Source: the human T2T-CHM13v2.0 reference genome, Homo sapiens. Taken from it: a stretch of DNA of 64,000 bases. Positions within the stretch are counted from its first letter, which is position 1, and each line of letters starts with the position of its first letter. Position numbers and translations under genes: made by a program. This document shows positions 1 through 16,669 of this stretch, one piece after another. Where the stretch lies: the NCBI RefSeq assembly GCF_009914755.1, contig NC_060941.1, one strand, 5' to 3'. The notes under the pieces were generated by a model. That model searched no databases and had not been told where the DNA came from. It saw only the letters and a program-made list of their open reading frames with translations.

Positions 1-789
1 TCCAGAAATGTCTGTCAACCCCTGATCTAACACCTACACTCCTGAATGTGATGACACTGGACTCCTGGGTGGAGAGACTTCAAAGGCATCCAACAGCCAC
101 CCCTGAGCCCCCACCCAAATGATACCTGCACTCTGAGGCCTCCTTCCTGCCACCAGGCTGCCTTCAGCTCCTCTCCTTCCTCCCCCATGAGATGGATGCT
201 ACCTCCCGTGTGTGGCTAAAACCTACAGCCAAGCTGAACCACCTGTTTGTCTTCAGGGAGGAGGAACTGGCTCATCTCTTAAAGTCGTAGGTTCTAGATG
301 AAGATGGTCCTTGCCTTCTTCACACCCCACCCCCACCAGAGCCTGCTGCTCCCCTCTAGGAGTCACATCTGGGGAGGGTCCTTCCAGGGGCTTTGCGGGC
401 AACCCTAGGCACCCTGTCAACATCCCCTCACCATGACCAGCCCCAGGGGAGGGTACCTCTACAAAGAACTGCAAATGAGAAGCTTTTCTCAGCAGGGAAG
501 AGCATTTCTGAAATATTCTGTCCTCACAGACACAATCCCAGTCAAAGGGTAACTGCTTTATGAGCTCCGAGCTACTGCCCACACAGACAGGAAATCATTT
601 CCTAAATGATGGAGGAAGAGGGAAAACTCGTCCTGGGGCCCGGCTGTGCCCAGCACTTCCTAGTTCTTCCCATTGGCTAGGCTCTCCTGCCTAATTTCTA
701 ACTTACTAAAGACCTTGCCTTGGGCTTGGCTAGAGGAGACCCTGGCTCTCTCTTCAGGACAGGATGATAACACAAGACAACAGTAACAG

Positions 790-990
790 CTCAGCTTTGT
801 TAAGCACTTATTATGTCCTGGGCACTATGTGCTTTACATGATTCATCCTCTCTAGTCCCCACAATTACTCTCTGAGTCTGAATGATCTTGTTATTAGCCC
901 CATTTTACAGATGAGCAAACCAAGGCTCAATCAACCTATGTCACTTGCCCCACGTACCTTAAAGGTTAAAGCCCAGGTCTGCCGCTGCCA
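790..990. mobile_element. MIR fragment
   Basis: MIR core cccattttacagatgagcaaaccaaggctc. Confidence 0.7.
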
Positions 991-1169
991 GGCCCCTTTC
1001 CACCACGTGAACTAGTACCAGGAGGGAGAGGGTCTGAGTGTGGCTTCCCTGAGACAAAGCGCTCATGCTTCATGGTGTGTGCGGCTGTGTGTGCGGCTCT
1101 GGGGCAGGCTGTGAGTCAAGAAGAACCAGGAGTGATGGCAGGGCTGAGGTTGGCTCTAGGGCTGGGAGG

Positions 1170-1400
1170 AGCGTGGTTAAAGCCACGGACCCTGGATCCA
1201 GAACGCCTGAGTTCACATCTTGGCTCTTATCAGCTGTGTGACCTGTGTCTCAGTTTCTTCATCTGGAATATGGGGATAATAAAAGCAGCTACCCCATGGG
1301 GTGGTGGTGAGGATAGATGAGTTCATATGCATAAAGGGCTTAGAGCAGGGTGTGGAACACAGGAAGTGTCACATGGGTTAGCGGCTATTGTTATTATTAT
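1170..1400. mobile_element. MIR fragment, opposite orientation to the one at 790-990
   Basis: ctcagtttcttcatctggaatatggggataata. Confidence 0.7.
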
Positions 1401-3504
1401 CATTATCCAGGGGACATCCAGGGCACAGAGCCAGGACCACAGCTGACAAGATGGGCTGATGGGGACATTGCCGCCTCCACACTTGCCTGCCCTGGTGCCA
1501 AGTCCCTCCCTGAGCCCTGGCATGCTCCTCGGCCTTGCTGGGCTGGGCGCCTGTTTGCAGTGTGATTACAGGATTAAATGCTGTGATTGCCACAAATTAC
1601 TATGGCAAGGCTATAAATACATTGCAGGGAAGACATGAGGGTCCTGTTGTCTCCTGGGCACGATGCCCTCTGTTAGGTGGGGGCTGGACTCTGCGCCCTC
1701 ACCCATTACAAAGGCCAAGGAGCACCTCCATCTTTGATCTGTCTGGAGCCAGCTCCCTCGCGACCCATGTGATGCTCTGGGCATCAAATCGGTGGATGAC
1801 TGCTGCATCCTGGCCACCAACGATGTTGAGGCCGTGCCTGGTTCCGTGGGGATGGGAGCCTCAGGCCAGAGACTGGGCAGGATTGTCCTCAGTATCCCTC
1901 ACTCCTCCCTAGCAGGAGGAAAGAGTCTCACCTCCTACGCTGTTTGGGGACAGAGCCTTGCTTCCTTTCCATGCACAAAAGCCAGGAATGCTTTGCTCTG
2001 GGAGATGGAGGAAGGGAGATCTAGCCTGCCAGATTCAGATTCTGGCCCCTTGAGAGTTGACTAACAGGACCAGAGCTTCCCCACAGAAAGGCACACCTCC
2101 CGTCTTCATCTTAGCAGAGGCCCCTGTAGACAAGCAGGGGCAGCCGTAGGCTACCTTCCCTGTACCTTCCCCACAGGTCTCTGCTCTTCTAAAAGCCAGA
2201 CATTCCTACCATGATAATTGGGGCCATTGGCTCTGACTCACCCACAAGACATAACTCTTTCACTTGTCCTTGCCTTTGCTCATGCTGAGCCCTCTGCCTG
2301 CAAGCCCTTCCTCCCTTTGCAGACTGGCAAACTCCTACTTGTCCTGCAAAACCCTGCTCAATGGCTATCACCTCTAGAAAGCCATCTTTGATCTATCTAG
2401 GCAAAGATGGCTATCCCATAGTATGCGGCACTGGTCCTGGCTTACTCGTCTATTTCCCCATCAGACTGTGGGCCCCTTGAGAATAGAGTTTACCAGTTTT
2501 CAGGGACTAGGATGGCACTTTTGTGAAAACCTTTTGGAAGATCCCAGGATGCACACATCCTGTGAGACATCTCTGTGCCATTAAACCCCCAGGAGAAATC
2601 AGGTTCAGGGAAGCATCATCCACTGAGAAGCACGTTGCTTCAAAGTACTCACAGGAACTGGTACCTGGGAACCTCTGGGGATTCTAGAAGAGTCTGGCCT
2701 GGGCTTCATAATTCCACCCCTAGAGGCTTCCTCAGGGACTCTGGTGACAAGAGCAGCTGGCAGGGGGTCCTAAGGGGTGGAGAGCCACATAAAGGGGACC
2801 CCAGGACCTCATCATTAGGCTGCCTGTTTCTTCCCACTTCCTGTTAATTTCTGTTTGCATGTCCCTATTCAGGCTGGGTCCCTGCAGTGCCCAGATTTGG
2901 GGTGGGGGAGCCCACAGCTGTTTTTGTGACAGTGTTTTTTGACAGGCTTTGAGACAGGCCAGCTACCGCAGTGCCAGCTCCCAGTGCCCCACTAGCTCCA
3001 CATCAGGAGAGGTGGTCCACCCAGCTCACCATGGCTGCTCTTGATGCCTGAAGAATGGAGCCTATGTTTGCTTAATCACAGCCTTGGAGAGGTACAAATC
3101 GTGATCATCCCCTCTAATTACCAATGTGCCACACTGCTCTTGAGACGAAAGCCAAGGTCATCACCCACACACTCAGCACCCCAAGCAAAGCATCACCCCA
3201 GCTCGGCTGGAGAGCATAGCTGTCTCCCTCTCTCTTGCTACCAACCTCTGGGGTCCACAGGGGTGGATGCTGAGGGCCCACTGGCTAAAGCCAAACACTC
3301 AGTCTCCTCCTCCATCCTTGGCAGTCACTCCCACCCCCCGTTAGTCACCCCTGGCATCAACCAAGCAGAGCTGGGCCCAGCTTGAGACCATGTGGCACAT
3401 CCTGAGAAGTAGCTACAAAAGTATCTAATCCTCTGTAAGCTAGTGGAAGCTCATACATGGGTGGAAACATAAGGTTTTTTTTTATTTTTTTTTTGCCTAA
3501 ACCG

Positions 3505-4095
<591 letters not shown>

Positions 4096-4674
4096 TCAAA
4101 GGCTTTGCTATTTTGCTGTGATGTGGGATTCATCCATATACCTAGATGACGTCTGGGAAGAACTACAGCCTCATTCAGTAGCACCTGGGGGACTCAATCC
4201 ACAGCCCCCATTCCCCAGGTGAGCCCGCATGACACACACATGCAGAAAGAAGGGGACACACACAGACTTACAGGGGAGACAGGCCCTGGATAGAGTCCTC
4301 GGATGGGAAACTAACCCTCTACTCAGAGGGTGACCTCAGACACGCTCTGCAAACCACCGCAAAAGGAGGGGTTTGCCTACATTCCCCGGTAAGAGTCAGG
4401 CAGTCTGAGATTCTATGAGTCCAAGCATAAGTGCCCTCTGTGAGTGCTAGCCTCCAGACCCAGCAGAATTTGGCACTAGGACCTTGAAGGGGACCCAGAG
4501 TCACAATGATGGAGTCACTCTGAGAGGCTATGGAGAAAGGAAGAGCAACCAAAAAGCTGCAGGCGGCAAATTTCACTTTGCTTTTCAAAGTGGTTGATTC
4601 CAGCTAGGGGCTTGGCGTTGATTCCTAGGCAAGTCCTGGGGCAAATTAATAAACAAACGCTTTGAGGACCCTTA

Positions 4675-4991
<317 letters not shown>

Positions 4992-5150
4992 GAAAGAAAG
5001 GGAAGGGGAGGGGAGGGGAGGGAAGGGGAGGAAAGGGGAGGGGAGGAGAGGAAAGGGGAGGGGAGGAGAGGAAAGGGGAGGGGGAGGGGAGGAAAGGGGA
5101 GGGGAAGGGAAGGGAGGGGAGGGGAGGGGAGGCGAGGGGAGGGGAGGGGA
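4992..5150 (+). repeat. (GGGGA/GGAAA)n polypurine tract derived from the Alu tail
   Basis: About 160 nt of nearly pure A/G. Confidence 0.95.
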
Positions 5151-5833
5151 GCAGTGGCTCCCAGAGCTCTGATAGGTACTCTTGGAACCAGCTCGCTAAC
5201 CCTGCATCATAGCATGTGGCATAGATAGGGTCGCTGGACCAGCAGCTCAAGGGAATGCCAAGGGCTTAGGGGCATCTGGGGAGGGGAACACACTGGCAGA
5301 ATAAGAAACTATCTAAGGAACCCATAGCTCTCACCACTTGAGCTCAAGGAATGTGGGCTCATGAATGGGAACCTGCGGCCACACAAGATGTGGGGACCAA
5401 CAGCCAGTAGCAGATGCGGATGGAACAGCGTGAAGCTGTTCTGAAGGTTTTAAAACTTTTTTAAAAACAGGGGAAATTTTTAGCCAATGAAAGTTCCCTT
5501 AGGAGCCCAATTTGCAAAGATGAAAGTGGATCGGCTCTGGCTGAAGCAGGCTGGGGGGCCCAGAGCCCACCTTCCTCACTCCAGCACATCCCTGTCCCTA
5601 GGCAGCTCCTGAGGGCTTCAAGAGACTGAAACTTAAAAGCCACTGAGCTTGTTCAGCAGCCAGACTGCAGGCCACCCTCCTCTGCAGGTTCCCAGCTCCT
5701 AGCATTGCAGAAAAGGAAAAATGACAATCTAAATAATGGTGGGGGAGGTGGGGGAAGAAGCTTGGGGCCTCATATTAGAAGGAAACACACTAAAATGTTT
5801 ACAGTGGTTTTCTCTAGATGCTGGGACAATGGA

Positions 5834-5955
5834 ATATATATATATATATATATATAAAATAAAGAATTAATTAAGAATTAAGATCCTGTGTTTGGGTTAA
5901 AAATGAACTAGAGGGGCTAGGCGCCATGGCTCACAACTGTAATATATATATATAT
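5834..5955. repeat. (TA)n microsatellite split by a templated copy of 6553-6619
   Basis: TA runs at 5834-5856 and 5942-5955 flank the insert. Confidence 0.85.
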
Positions 5956-6051
5956 TTTACTTTCTACTTTCATCTATTTTCCAATTTTTCTCTAAGGAGT
6001 CCATATTTCTTTTAGTTTAAAACTATTTATGAATGTTTATTGGATAGATAA

Positions 6052-6378
<327 letters not shown>

Positions 6379-6590
6379 TATGCAAGAACATTTTAAAACC
6401 AGCCACAACCTCCTATTTTAGTCAATACAAACACTACAAAGAAAAAAGTGTGAAATGTTGTCCTCCCCTCAGGAGCTGACAGGCTAATGAGGGAGTATAA
6501 AAGGATAAGAAATGCTTGTGGAAGGAAAGAATAAATGTGGAACATGATGAGTGAATTAAGATCCTGTGTTTGGGTTAAAAATGAACTCGA

Positions 6591-6950
<360 letters not shown>

Positions 6951-7064
6951 TACCACTTGCCTATTCCCACCCTATTGGTTATTGCCCAAACTTGTGTCAA
7001 GGCTGAAAACACCAAGACCAATCAGACACAGCATCTGCCTTCAAAGATCTCTCAAGCCCCTGGG

Positions 7065-7150
7065 ATCACATGACCAAGAGTAGGTCATGTGACCAAGGTC
7101 GGGTCAATGACAAAGACCTAGGTCATGTGCCCAAGATCAGTCACATGACC
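7065..7150. promoter_or_regulatory. Cluster of four GTCATGTG/CACATGAC (M-box-type E-box) motifs
   Basis: Motifs at 7065-7075, 7083-7094, 7121-7130 and 7140-7150; function untested. Confidence 0.35.
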
Positions 7151-8099
7151 AAAGGCTACAAACAGCTTGAGTCAGGGTAGTGGGGCTGCCACAGTTACTT
7201 CTCAACCTCTAAGGCTGCACAAACCAGAGATCTCAGTTCAAAATGAGAGGGAGACATCCCTGCCCTGCCCCTGCAGCTCAGGCCCTGCTGAGGGTATGTC
7301 TGATGCCCAATAACAGAGCAGGAAAGCTATAGAAAGGGGCTCAGGAGGTTGAGAGACCCAGCCTGGAGAAGAGCAGCAGCTGCCTGCAAATCTATGCTGA
7401 GCCTCGTGTGGGTCAAGGGAGCAGAGGGCAAAGCCAGGACAAATAAGGGTTGGGGTGGTTTCTGGAGAGCCATTCCAAGTTTTAGCACAACCTAGGAAAT
7501 GTTTACAACAGTTCAAGAGTGACCTGTGCTGACCTGCAAGCAGGCTGTTCTCCTTCACTGAGGTTAGACAAGCAAGTTATATAAGTGACCACGTAGCAGG
7601 GTGCTGGGGAGGGAAGTTTCATCCAGAGTCTGGGGGAGCTGGTGGCTGAGGTCCCTCCATGAGTCCTTAACGCTTTCAGGGTCAGAATCTAATCACGTCC
7701 ACCTGGATTCATCTGACTAACCAGGCTAAGGTGATGTGTTCAAACCTTCAACGGCCCAGTGAGCCTTTCACAGAGACACTACCCCAGACCAGGGCCTGGC
7801 CCTTGCGAGGGCCTATGCCCTAAACCCTGCCCCTTGAGAACATGTTGTTAGATACCCCAAGTGAACACGGGGTTAGTTCGGAGGAACAGTTCTCATGGGG
7901 GATCCCAGTTCAGATCAGAGGTGCCATCCTGAATCGGGCCCAGTGAAATTTCCAGGTATACAACCATGAGAAAACTCTGCCACCACGACACAGGGATGCT
8001 AGAGGGACATGAAATCCCAAACCCTGGTGTTCCCCTACAGACTCCTTTGCAACAAACACAGCCCTAAGACTGGTCCTGAGTTTCTAGTCCTCATCCGGT

Positions 8100-8240
8100 G
8101 TCTCAGGCAATCTTCACATTCATCCTGTGAGGTCAGGAGTACTCTCCCCATCTTAAAGATGAGAAAACCAAGGATTGGAAAGGTAAAGTGATTTCTCTCA
8201 AGATGTAAGTGGAGGGCTGGGTACTTGAACCCAGGTCACC
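8100..8240. mobile_element. MIR fragment
   Basis: ccccatcttaaagatgagaaaacc...cttgaacccaggtc. Confidence 0.7.
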
Positions 8241-8455
8241 AGGTCAGGGCTCTTCATCGTCCTGAAGGAGGGGAGTAAGAAAGGAATGGTCTCTTTGCTC
8301 TTACTAATCCCTTCACGCCACAGCCCTGCCTCCTCAGGGAGACTCTTGGCAGGGAAGAAAGAGTGGGAAGAGGCTACTCATAGCAGGAACTTCTTAGGCT
8401 GTTAGCCTGACCCCCTAATGATCCCCTGTCAAGTCCACCCTGGCCCTGCCTGGAA
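8230..8455 (+). repeat. Probable donor copy of the local duplication at 3505-4094
   Basis: Continuous with the preceding MIR. Confidence 0.85.
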
Positions 8456-8629
8456 CAGCACATACACAGAGGAATGCAGTGGCACACTCCAGCCCATGCG
8501 CACCTGCACAGTAACCCCTGCCAAGTGTGTGCGGCATCCAGCACAGGGCCTAGGAATGGCTCTCACACATAGGAAAAAGGTGCTCAACCTTAGAACCCTA
8601 AACTAGAGGAAGGCTCATTGAAATTACCC

Positions 8630-9260
8630 TAAGACAACTTTTTTTTTTCCACCTGTCAGACTGGCAGTTGTGACACACTATGGGCCAGGGTGTGGAAAAA
8701 CGATCTCTTCATTCATTGCTGGTGAGAGTAAACATCAGTATAGCCTCTGTGAAGGGCCATTTGGCAATGTCATTCAACATGCAAAATGCCTTTGACCCAG
8801 CAATTCCAAGCCCATGTGCAAAAGGACATATGTACAGTGCTAACCATTGCCACATTGCTTTTACAACAGCAAAAGACAGGAAGCACCTATATGTCCACCA
8901 GTAGGGGACAGATTAAATAAATTGGACCACAGTGAAATTGCACATGCCCATTGCAAAAAACAACTCACCTCTAAGCATACTGAGCTAAGGAGACAATCAT
9001 GATCTAGTATCAACATCTGAGAAAAGCAAGGTGCACAAAGAAAGGAACTGTGTGCTCCCATCTGTGTGAGGGTATAGATATAAAAATATATATAAATGCA
9101 TATTTATGGATAGACTCTTGTATGCAGAGATTATCTCTGAAATGGAATCTAAGAAGCCAGTTATAATCTTTTCTTCTAGGGAGAATTGTGTGCGCTGGAA
9201 GACAGGAGAGGGAGGCATTTTATACCATGTATATGTGCTACCTACTCAAAAGACAGATTA
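8630..9260 (+). mobile_element. Old L1M (L1ME-like) 3' fragment
   Basis: cattgctggtgagagtaaa, tttgacccagcaattcca, atgtccaccagtagggg. Confidence 0.7.
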
Positions 9261-9879
9261 AAAATAAGAATTTTTCTAAGTGCATGTAGCAGGGTGGTTT
9301 TTTTTTAGATACCAATTTATATCTTCTCCCAGCTCTGGCTCCTTTGCCTCTGGGAAGGTTTGTGGCAGAGCTTCCTGGCTTTTGTTTCCAAAAGCTCTTT
9401 TGTTCCCAAGAGGAAAGGATTTGGAGACAGAGAATGCTTCAGGGTGAAAAGAGATCCTCACACCCTGGCCCTGGGTGGAGGAGAGAGTCTTCTATACGGG
9501 TCCCTTCGCAACTCCAGGAAGATGGAGAACAACATAAGAAGACCTGGCCATCCCATGCTCCAGAGAGCGTGAACCCTTGCAGCCAGGAGCTGCAAGCCCA
9601 GGACAAAAGGGACCACCAGGCTGGGTTCTGGGGTCCTCGTGCTCACCGCTGTGGACGAAGGACCCCTTGCACATGTGTGCATGCTGCAGGCACCCTTCCC
9701 CCACCAGAGTGCTGGGAAGACCCCTGGAGTTTTGAGGCGATGGCAGGAGAGGGAGGAAAGAGAAGCTCCTGGACACACAGAGGAGGAGGAGTCCTTCACC
9801 AGCACAGCTGCAAGGGAATGTACAGTCAAAATCAAAGTGGCTTACAGAAAAACAAAGGAAAGGGCGATTCTTCCACGTG

Positions 9880-10255
9880 GAAGTAAGTAGACTGTGCAGT
9901 GAGGTCTCTCTTTGCCCCTCCAGAGCCTCAGTGCCCCATCTCTGCCCGACTCAGCCCGAGGCCGAGGCCCCCTAGCTACAGGTTGGGTGTAGCGATGGAA
10001 AGCACCAGTAGGAGAACTGGGGCAAGGGAGCCCCCTCCATGCCGGGTCATCGTAAGGTGGTCTCTGCTGAAGGCTCATGCAGGAGCCTCTCTGGGCTCTT
10101 CTCCTTCAGGGGTGGGAACAACCCCAGGGTATTGCTGATGCCTTCTTGGTTTCCTTAAAGCCTCACTCACCTGTGAATAAAGTCTCTCTGCTAAGCCCTC
10201 CTCCCACCTGTGGTTTGTGTGAGCCTTCCGTTTCCTGCTAGAACCCTGACTGCAT
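9880..10255 (+). mobile_element. ERVL-type LTR fragment (LTR16/33-like)
   Basis: aataaa followed by the ttcctgctagaaccctgactg LTR-type end; left boundary uncertain. Confidence 0.5.
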
Positions 10256-10882
10256 CACGGGCTGGATCCTAAGTGCTCTATGCAAATCCCATCACCTCCT
10301 CCCACACCACCCCTCTCCAGGCTTCTCTTATCCTGACCAAGCCCCCGCCTTCTGCTCCGCTCTCCCACACTCGCCCCTCCCTCTCTGAACTCAGCCAGTT
10401 TTCGCACATCCCCTTTCCCTCTCACTGCAGAGTCCCAGCAAATGTTCCCCGGGCCTGGGCTCTTCTCTCCACTGCCCCGTGCCCAGATAATTCCCACAGG
10501 AACCTCAGTGTTCCTTCCTTCCGGGGGCCTTCCACTCTTCCTGTCCTCTCCACAAAAGCGCCACGGTCCTCTCTTTCCTGGGATTAATCCTCACGCTTTT
10601 CATTTTATGACTATTTGATTATTATCTTCCCCTCCTCCGTCTCCCAGATGACAAGATCCTTAAGGGCTGGGACTGGGTTTGATTTTGCTCTATTTTATCC
10701 CCAAAGACTATCATGATGTTGGCATATAAAGGTGCTCATTAAATATTTTTTAAACAAATGGGTGAATGAACTAATCATTTGTTCCCATTTTGCACCCCTA
10801 TAAGTGTCGGAAGCTGCACGTGCCCCAGCAAAGCCCAGATGCTATGTAGATAGACTTGCATATGCGCACAGAGACGCACACT

Positions 10883-10985
10883 CATCCTCATGAAAGTGAA
10901 TGCACCAATGCATTGGCATAGAGGCTAATGCACATCCTCATGAAAGTGAATGCACCAATGCGTTGGCATAGAGGCTAATGCACAT
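10883..10985. repeat. 50-bp tandem duplication (2 copies, 1 mismatch)
   Basis: catcctcatgaaagtgaatgcaccaatgc(a/g)ttggcatagaggctaatgca x2. Confidence 0.97.
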
Positions 10986-13704
10986 ATACAAGTGCAAGGG
11001 CACACACACACAAACGAGAAGGAACGATGCCAAGCAGAGACACACACACACATGCAAGAAAAGTGCTCCCAAGGCGGACGTCTGCCACCCTGAGCTCATT
11101 AAAGCTGGCTAAATATAGCCTGTCTGCAGCTGTGCTCAGCAAGCTGCCCACACAGGCCAGGAAAAGACACCAGTTACCAGGCAGAGGAGTGGAGAGGCCA
11201 GCCGTGGGCAAGGGGCTTCACGCATCCTGTCTGTGGTGGGGGGTCTTCCTGGGGAGGCCAGGGGCTGAGGGTATGTGGGAAGGGAAGCCCTTCGGTGGCT
11301 GGTCAGGGCATTCAGAGCTGTTCCTCTGGTCACTGACCCTAGGCAGTGGGGTGCGAAGTCAAACCACATGCCCACGATGGGGAGAGGTGAGCTGAGCCAT
11401 CTACATCTCTCTGCATCTGAGCCGAGGACCCAAGCTCAGTCCAGGACCAGGGGCTGGAGTTAGGACCCAGCTGGGGATAAATTGGGGCTCAGTTGGTGGC
11501 TAGGAGAGAGGTTCAGTAGAGGATGAAGATAAAGGGTCAGACTGGGACTAGGGTTGGGACTCTGTGGACCATTGCCAGGTCTTTTTCTGGGGACAAGAGG
11601 AAGTTCACAGCCCCACAGAGCATCTGCTCTAATGTGTGGACGTGGCTGTGGGAAGACCCTCCCCGCACGTGGGACAGCTGCCTGCGGCCCTCACCCCTGC
11701 AGCTGATGCCAGGCGCTGGCTCTGGAAAAGCCATGAGACGACCAGCATGGCTTTGGGTCACATGTGTCAGGTGGCTGTTGTCATCCACACAGGCAGGGTC
11801 CAACTTCAAGGGCCACAATAGACAGGTCTTCCTGCTGTAGAATCTGCCCCCCAACCCATCCTGCATGGGGGTGGGGCAGAGGGAGGCTCCTCTCAACTCG
11901 CACTTTCCCAGCCTGTGCACTGCGGAGCCCTGCCCCTCGTGGAGCTGCTGAGACTGGAAGGGAGAGGCATGGAGCGGGTGAGGCAGCCGCAGGTCTCCTG
12001 GGAGAATGTCATGCCTCCTCCCACCGGACGTTCCTGGATGGGGGCGTGGGCAGAGGAAGGGGAGTTACTGCCCCTTTGAGACAACAGCTCTACCCTTTGC
12101 CTCTTCTATGGTGGTGGCATATTGCAGCAGGAGGGGTGAGCCGGGCTTGCTGGATTCAGCACGTGTGAGCCCAGCAGCCATGAATGGAGCCACAAGGGCA
12201 GAGGCCAACAGTGCGGGGTCCAGAGGGACCCTGGTCCTTCCCACCATTTGCTGCAGAGGAACTGCTTCTGTCTCCTCCGCAGAGATGGATGGTATGCTCA
12301 GGCTTCCCAATTAGCCCACAAGAAAACTGTGCTTAGAGAGTCCACGCTCCTCCCAGAGCTAGCCTGGGGAAACGGGAGAGCTGACGGGAAGAGGGGAAAG
12401 TGGTCGGGTAAGGTTGTATGGAGGCAAGGTTCACGCTTCATTCGAGAGGATCCATGGGAGAGAAAGCAGGGGCTGTGAGAACCAGCCTTTCCTCCTCCAA
12501 AGGTCTCTCTGACACGCTGAAGGGAGGATCAGAGTGGGTGAGATGGGAAGCAGGAAGGCAGGGAGGCCGGGAGGCAGGGAGGCAGGGACGCCAGTGCACA
12601 GGAGGATGCAATGGTCCAGGAGAGAGAAGATAGGGCCTCAACTAGAGAAGGGATGGGGACAGGGAGGAGTGGGTGGGTCTCATAGCACTGCTGGAGGTTG
12701 AATGACACTAGCAGAGGCTGATTTGATAGTGGATGGTGACAGAGACAGAGAAGTCTAGAAGGTTTCTGGCTTGGATTCATGGAGGATGGTGCCATTCACA
12801 CTGGATGGAAGCACAGAAAGAGTGAGGTTCAATGGAAACATACAAGATCCCTGAGTCCCTACAGCCAGCACCATGGCAGGTATAGTGGGAGCACTCCGGA
12901 AATGGTCACTGTGCTAACTAACGGAGCAGCATGAACAAGGCAGAAACAGAAAGAGGCACAGACAGAGGAAGCCAGGGGACAGAGAGGTGGCAACAGAAGA
13001 CCCCGAGAATGTCAGAACCAGGAGGGACTCCATGAACAGACAGATGGGGCCCCAGGCACGAGCTGAGACTGCACAGCAACTCGGCAGTAGGTCACCCAGG
13101 TCTCCTCCCCCAAGTCCAAGGCCCTCTCTCTTCTCTGGACCCCCACCGAGCCCCCACACACAATGGTTCCCTTGGCTTCCTCTAGTTTGGTTTCAAATAT
13201 CAGGCTCACGCCAGTGACAGCAGGCTGCCAGGCTGCCAGGCCGCCTGCCCAACTGCACAATGAAGGCTGGGGCTGCCTGGCAGCCACAAAGGAGAAAGTC
13301 TCCAAGACACCCCTCCCCGCATAGCCACTGCAGACAAGCCCTTGCAACCTCATACCTGCGCATGCCTGAGAGGCCCATGGAGACCTCCCTCCCCACACTT
13401 GCAACCCAAGAGGCCCTGTGCTGTCTGGCTGGCTCATGTCCTCCTCTCTGGGGACTCCAACTCTTGGGGAAACACTGCTGTGACAATGGCAACTGAGGCA
13501 GCCGCAGGACCAGCAGAGCGCCAGAAAGACTGAGCCCCACTTGATAAGATTCATCATCACATGGGGACCAGGTGTTCCAGCTTCCAAGGCACATCCGTCC
13601 AGTAACAAGTGACAACCATCAGAACTTTCTATCCACCCTGCGCGGATCCTAGTATCTCACAGATATCATCTCTGGTGCCCTCAGCAACTCTAAGAAGTAG
13701 ATGA

Positions 13705-14097
<393 letters not shown>

Positions 14098-14680
14098 TAA
14101 CTTGTCCAAAATGTCACAGCTACTAGACGAGAGAAGCTGAGTGTCAAACCCAGGCCTTTCCAAACCTGCAACCCCAGACACCATCACACCAGTCCCAGCA
14201 TGTTCTGACTCCTGGTTCCAGGGCAACTTTTACCACCTCGCAATTTGTTTTTAGTGAGTTTTCAAAAATCCAGTGGAACTATTAAATAAAGTATACTTGC
14301 ATGCAAATTGTCTTATGTGGAAAAGCGCCATTATAAATGCAAGCCGTTGCGATTCTTCTTGTTTTAATTCAGGTCACAGATTTTTTCTTCTGCCAATTTT
14401 GCATTAAAAATAAACACATTACCATCGATCGTCACCATCATTTCATAAAAGAAAAAGCATTTTAATGCCAAAACTGGGCAGGACATAATTGTAGAATTAT
14501 GTGAAAAGGAGTCCTCTCAATTGAATGCACTCAACATTATGGAAAAATACATCACAGTATTATTGTTTTTCTCACTGCTGAAAATCTTGGGTTCATTTGG
14601 GCATCCCCAACCTAGACGACCTCCAAGGTACCATTTCAGCTCCAAAATTCATCTGCACATACGCTGTCATTCTTTGCTAA

Positions 14681-15050
<370 letters not shown>

Positions 15051-15640
15051 TAAACACACATTTTTCTTCAGCCAGGTCCAGAGGTCACTAAACATCTCAT
15101 CAATTCAATTGTGTCTGTGGAAAACAGAGCTGTGGTTTGGCATCCCGGAGACAAGCCCCATGTCAGGTGGCTGTTTTTGCTTCGGGGCTGCCGCTGTCTC
15201 CTCTGGCCAGGTGCTCAGAAGGGGAGATGATTGGTTCTTTTCCTCTTCTGCATTCCTGGGGAATGGGGTGACACCCCTATATTCATCATGCTTGTTATTT
15301 TATAATGTTTTGTCATCTCTGGGGCCTCGCTGGCCAGGAAGAGACTGCCCCTCCCAGAGCTGGCTAATTCCTAGAGGTAATAACAACTCCCTTTGAGGGC
15401 ACCTTTCATAGGCAAATGAACCAGGCCCAAACCCATATCCCCAACCACCTTCTCTAACTCTCACCCACCAAGCCAATACTTCCCTGGCCCTAAATCAACC
15501 CAAGGCCAGCTACCAGGCAACAGGACACCAGCCCTAGAGCCTAGAGCCCAGAGCCCTCGACATGCAAATCAGCCAGCCCTGCATGGTTCTCCTGCTCTGC
15601 CCTGCCTTTCCAGAGAAAAAACCAACAAGGGCTCTGGGCC

Positions 15641-16669
<1,029 letters not shown>

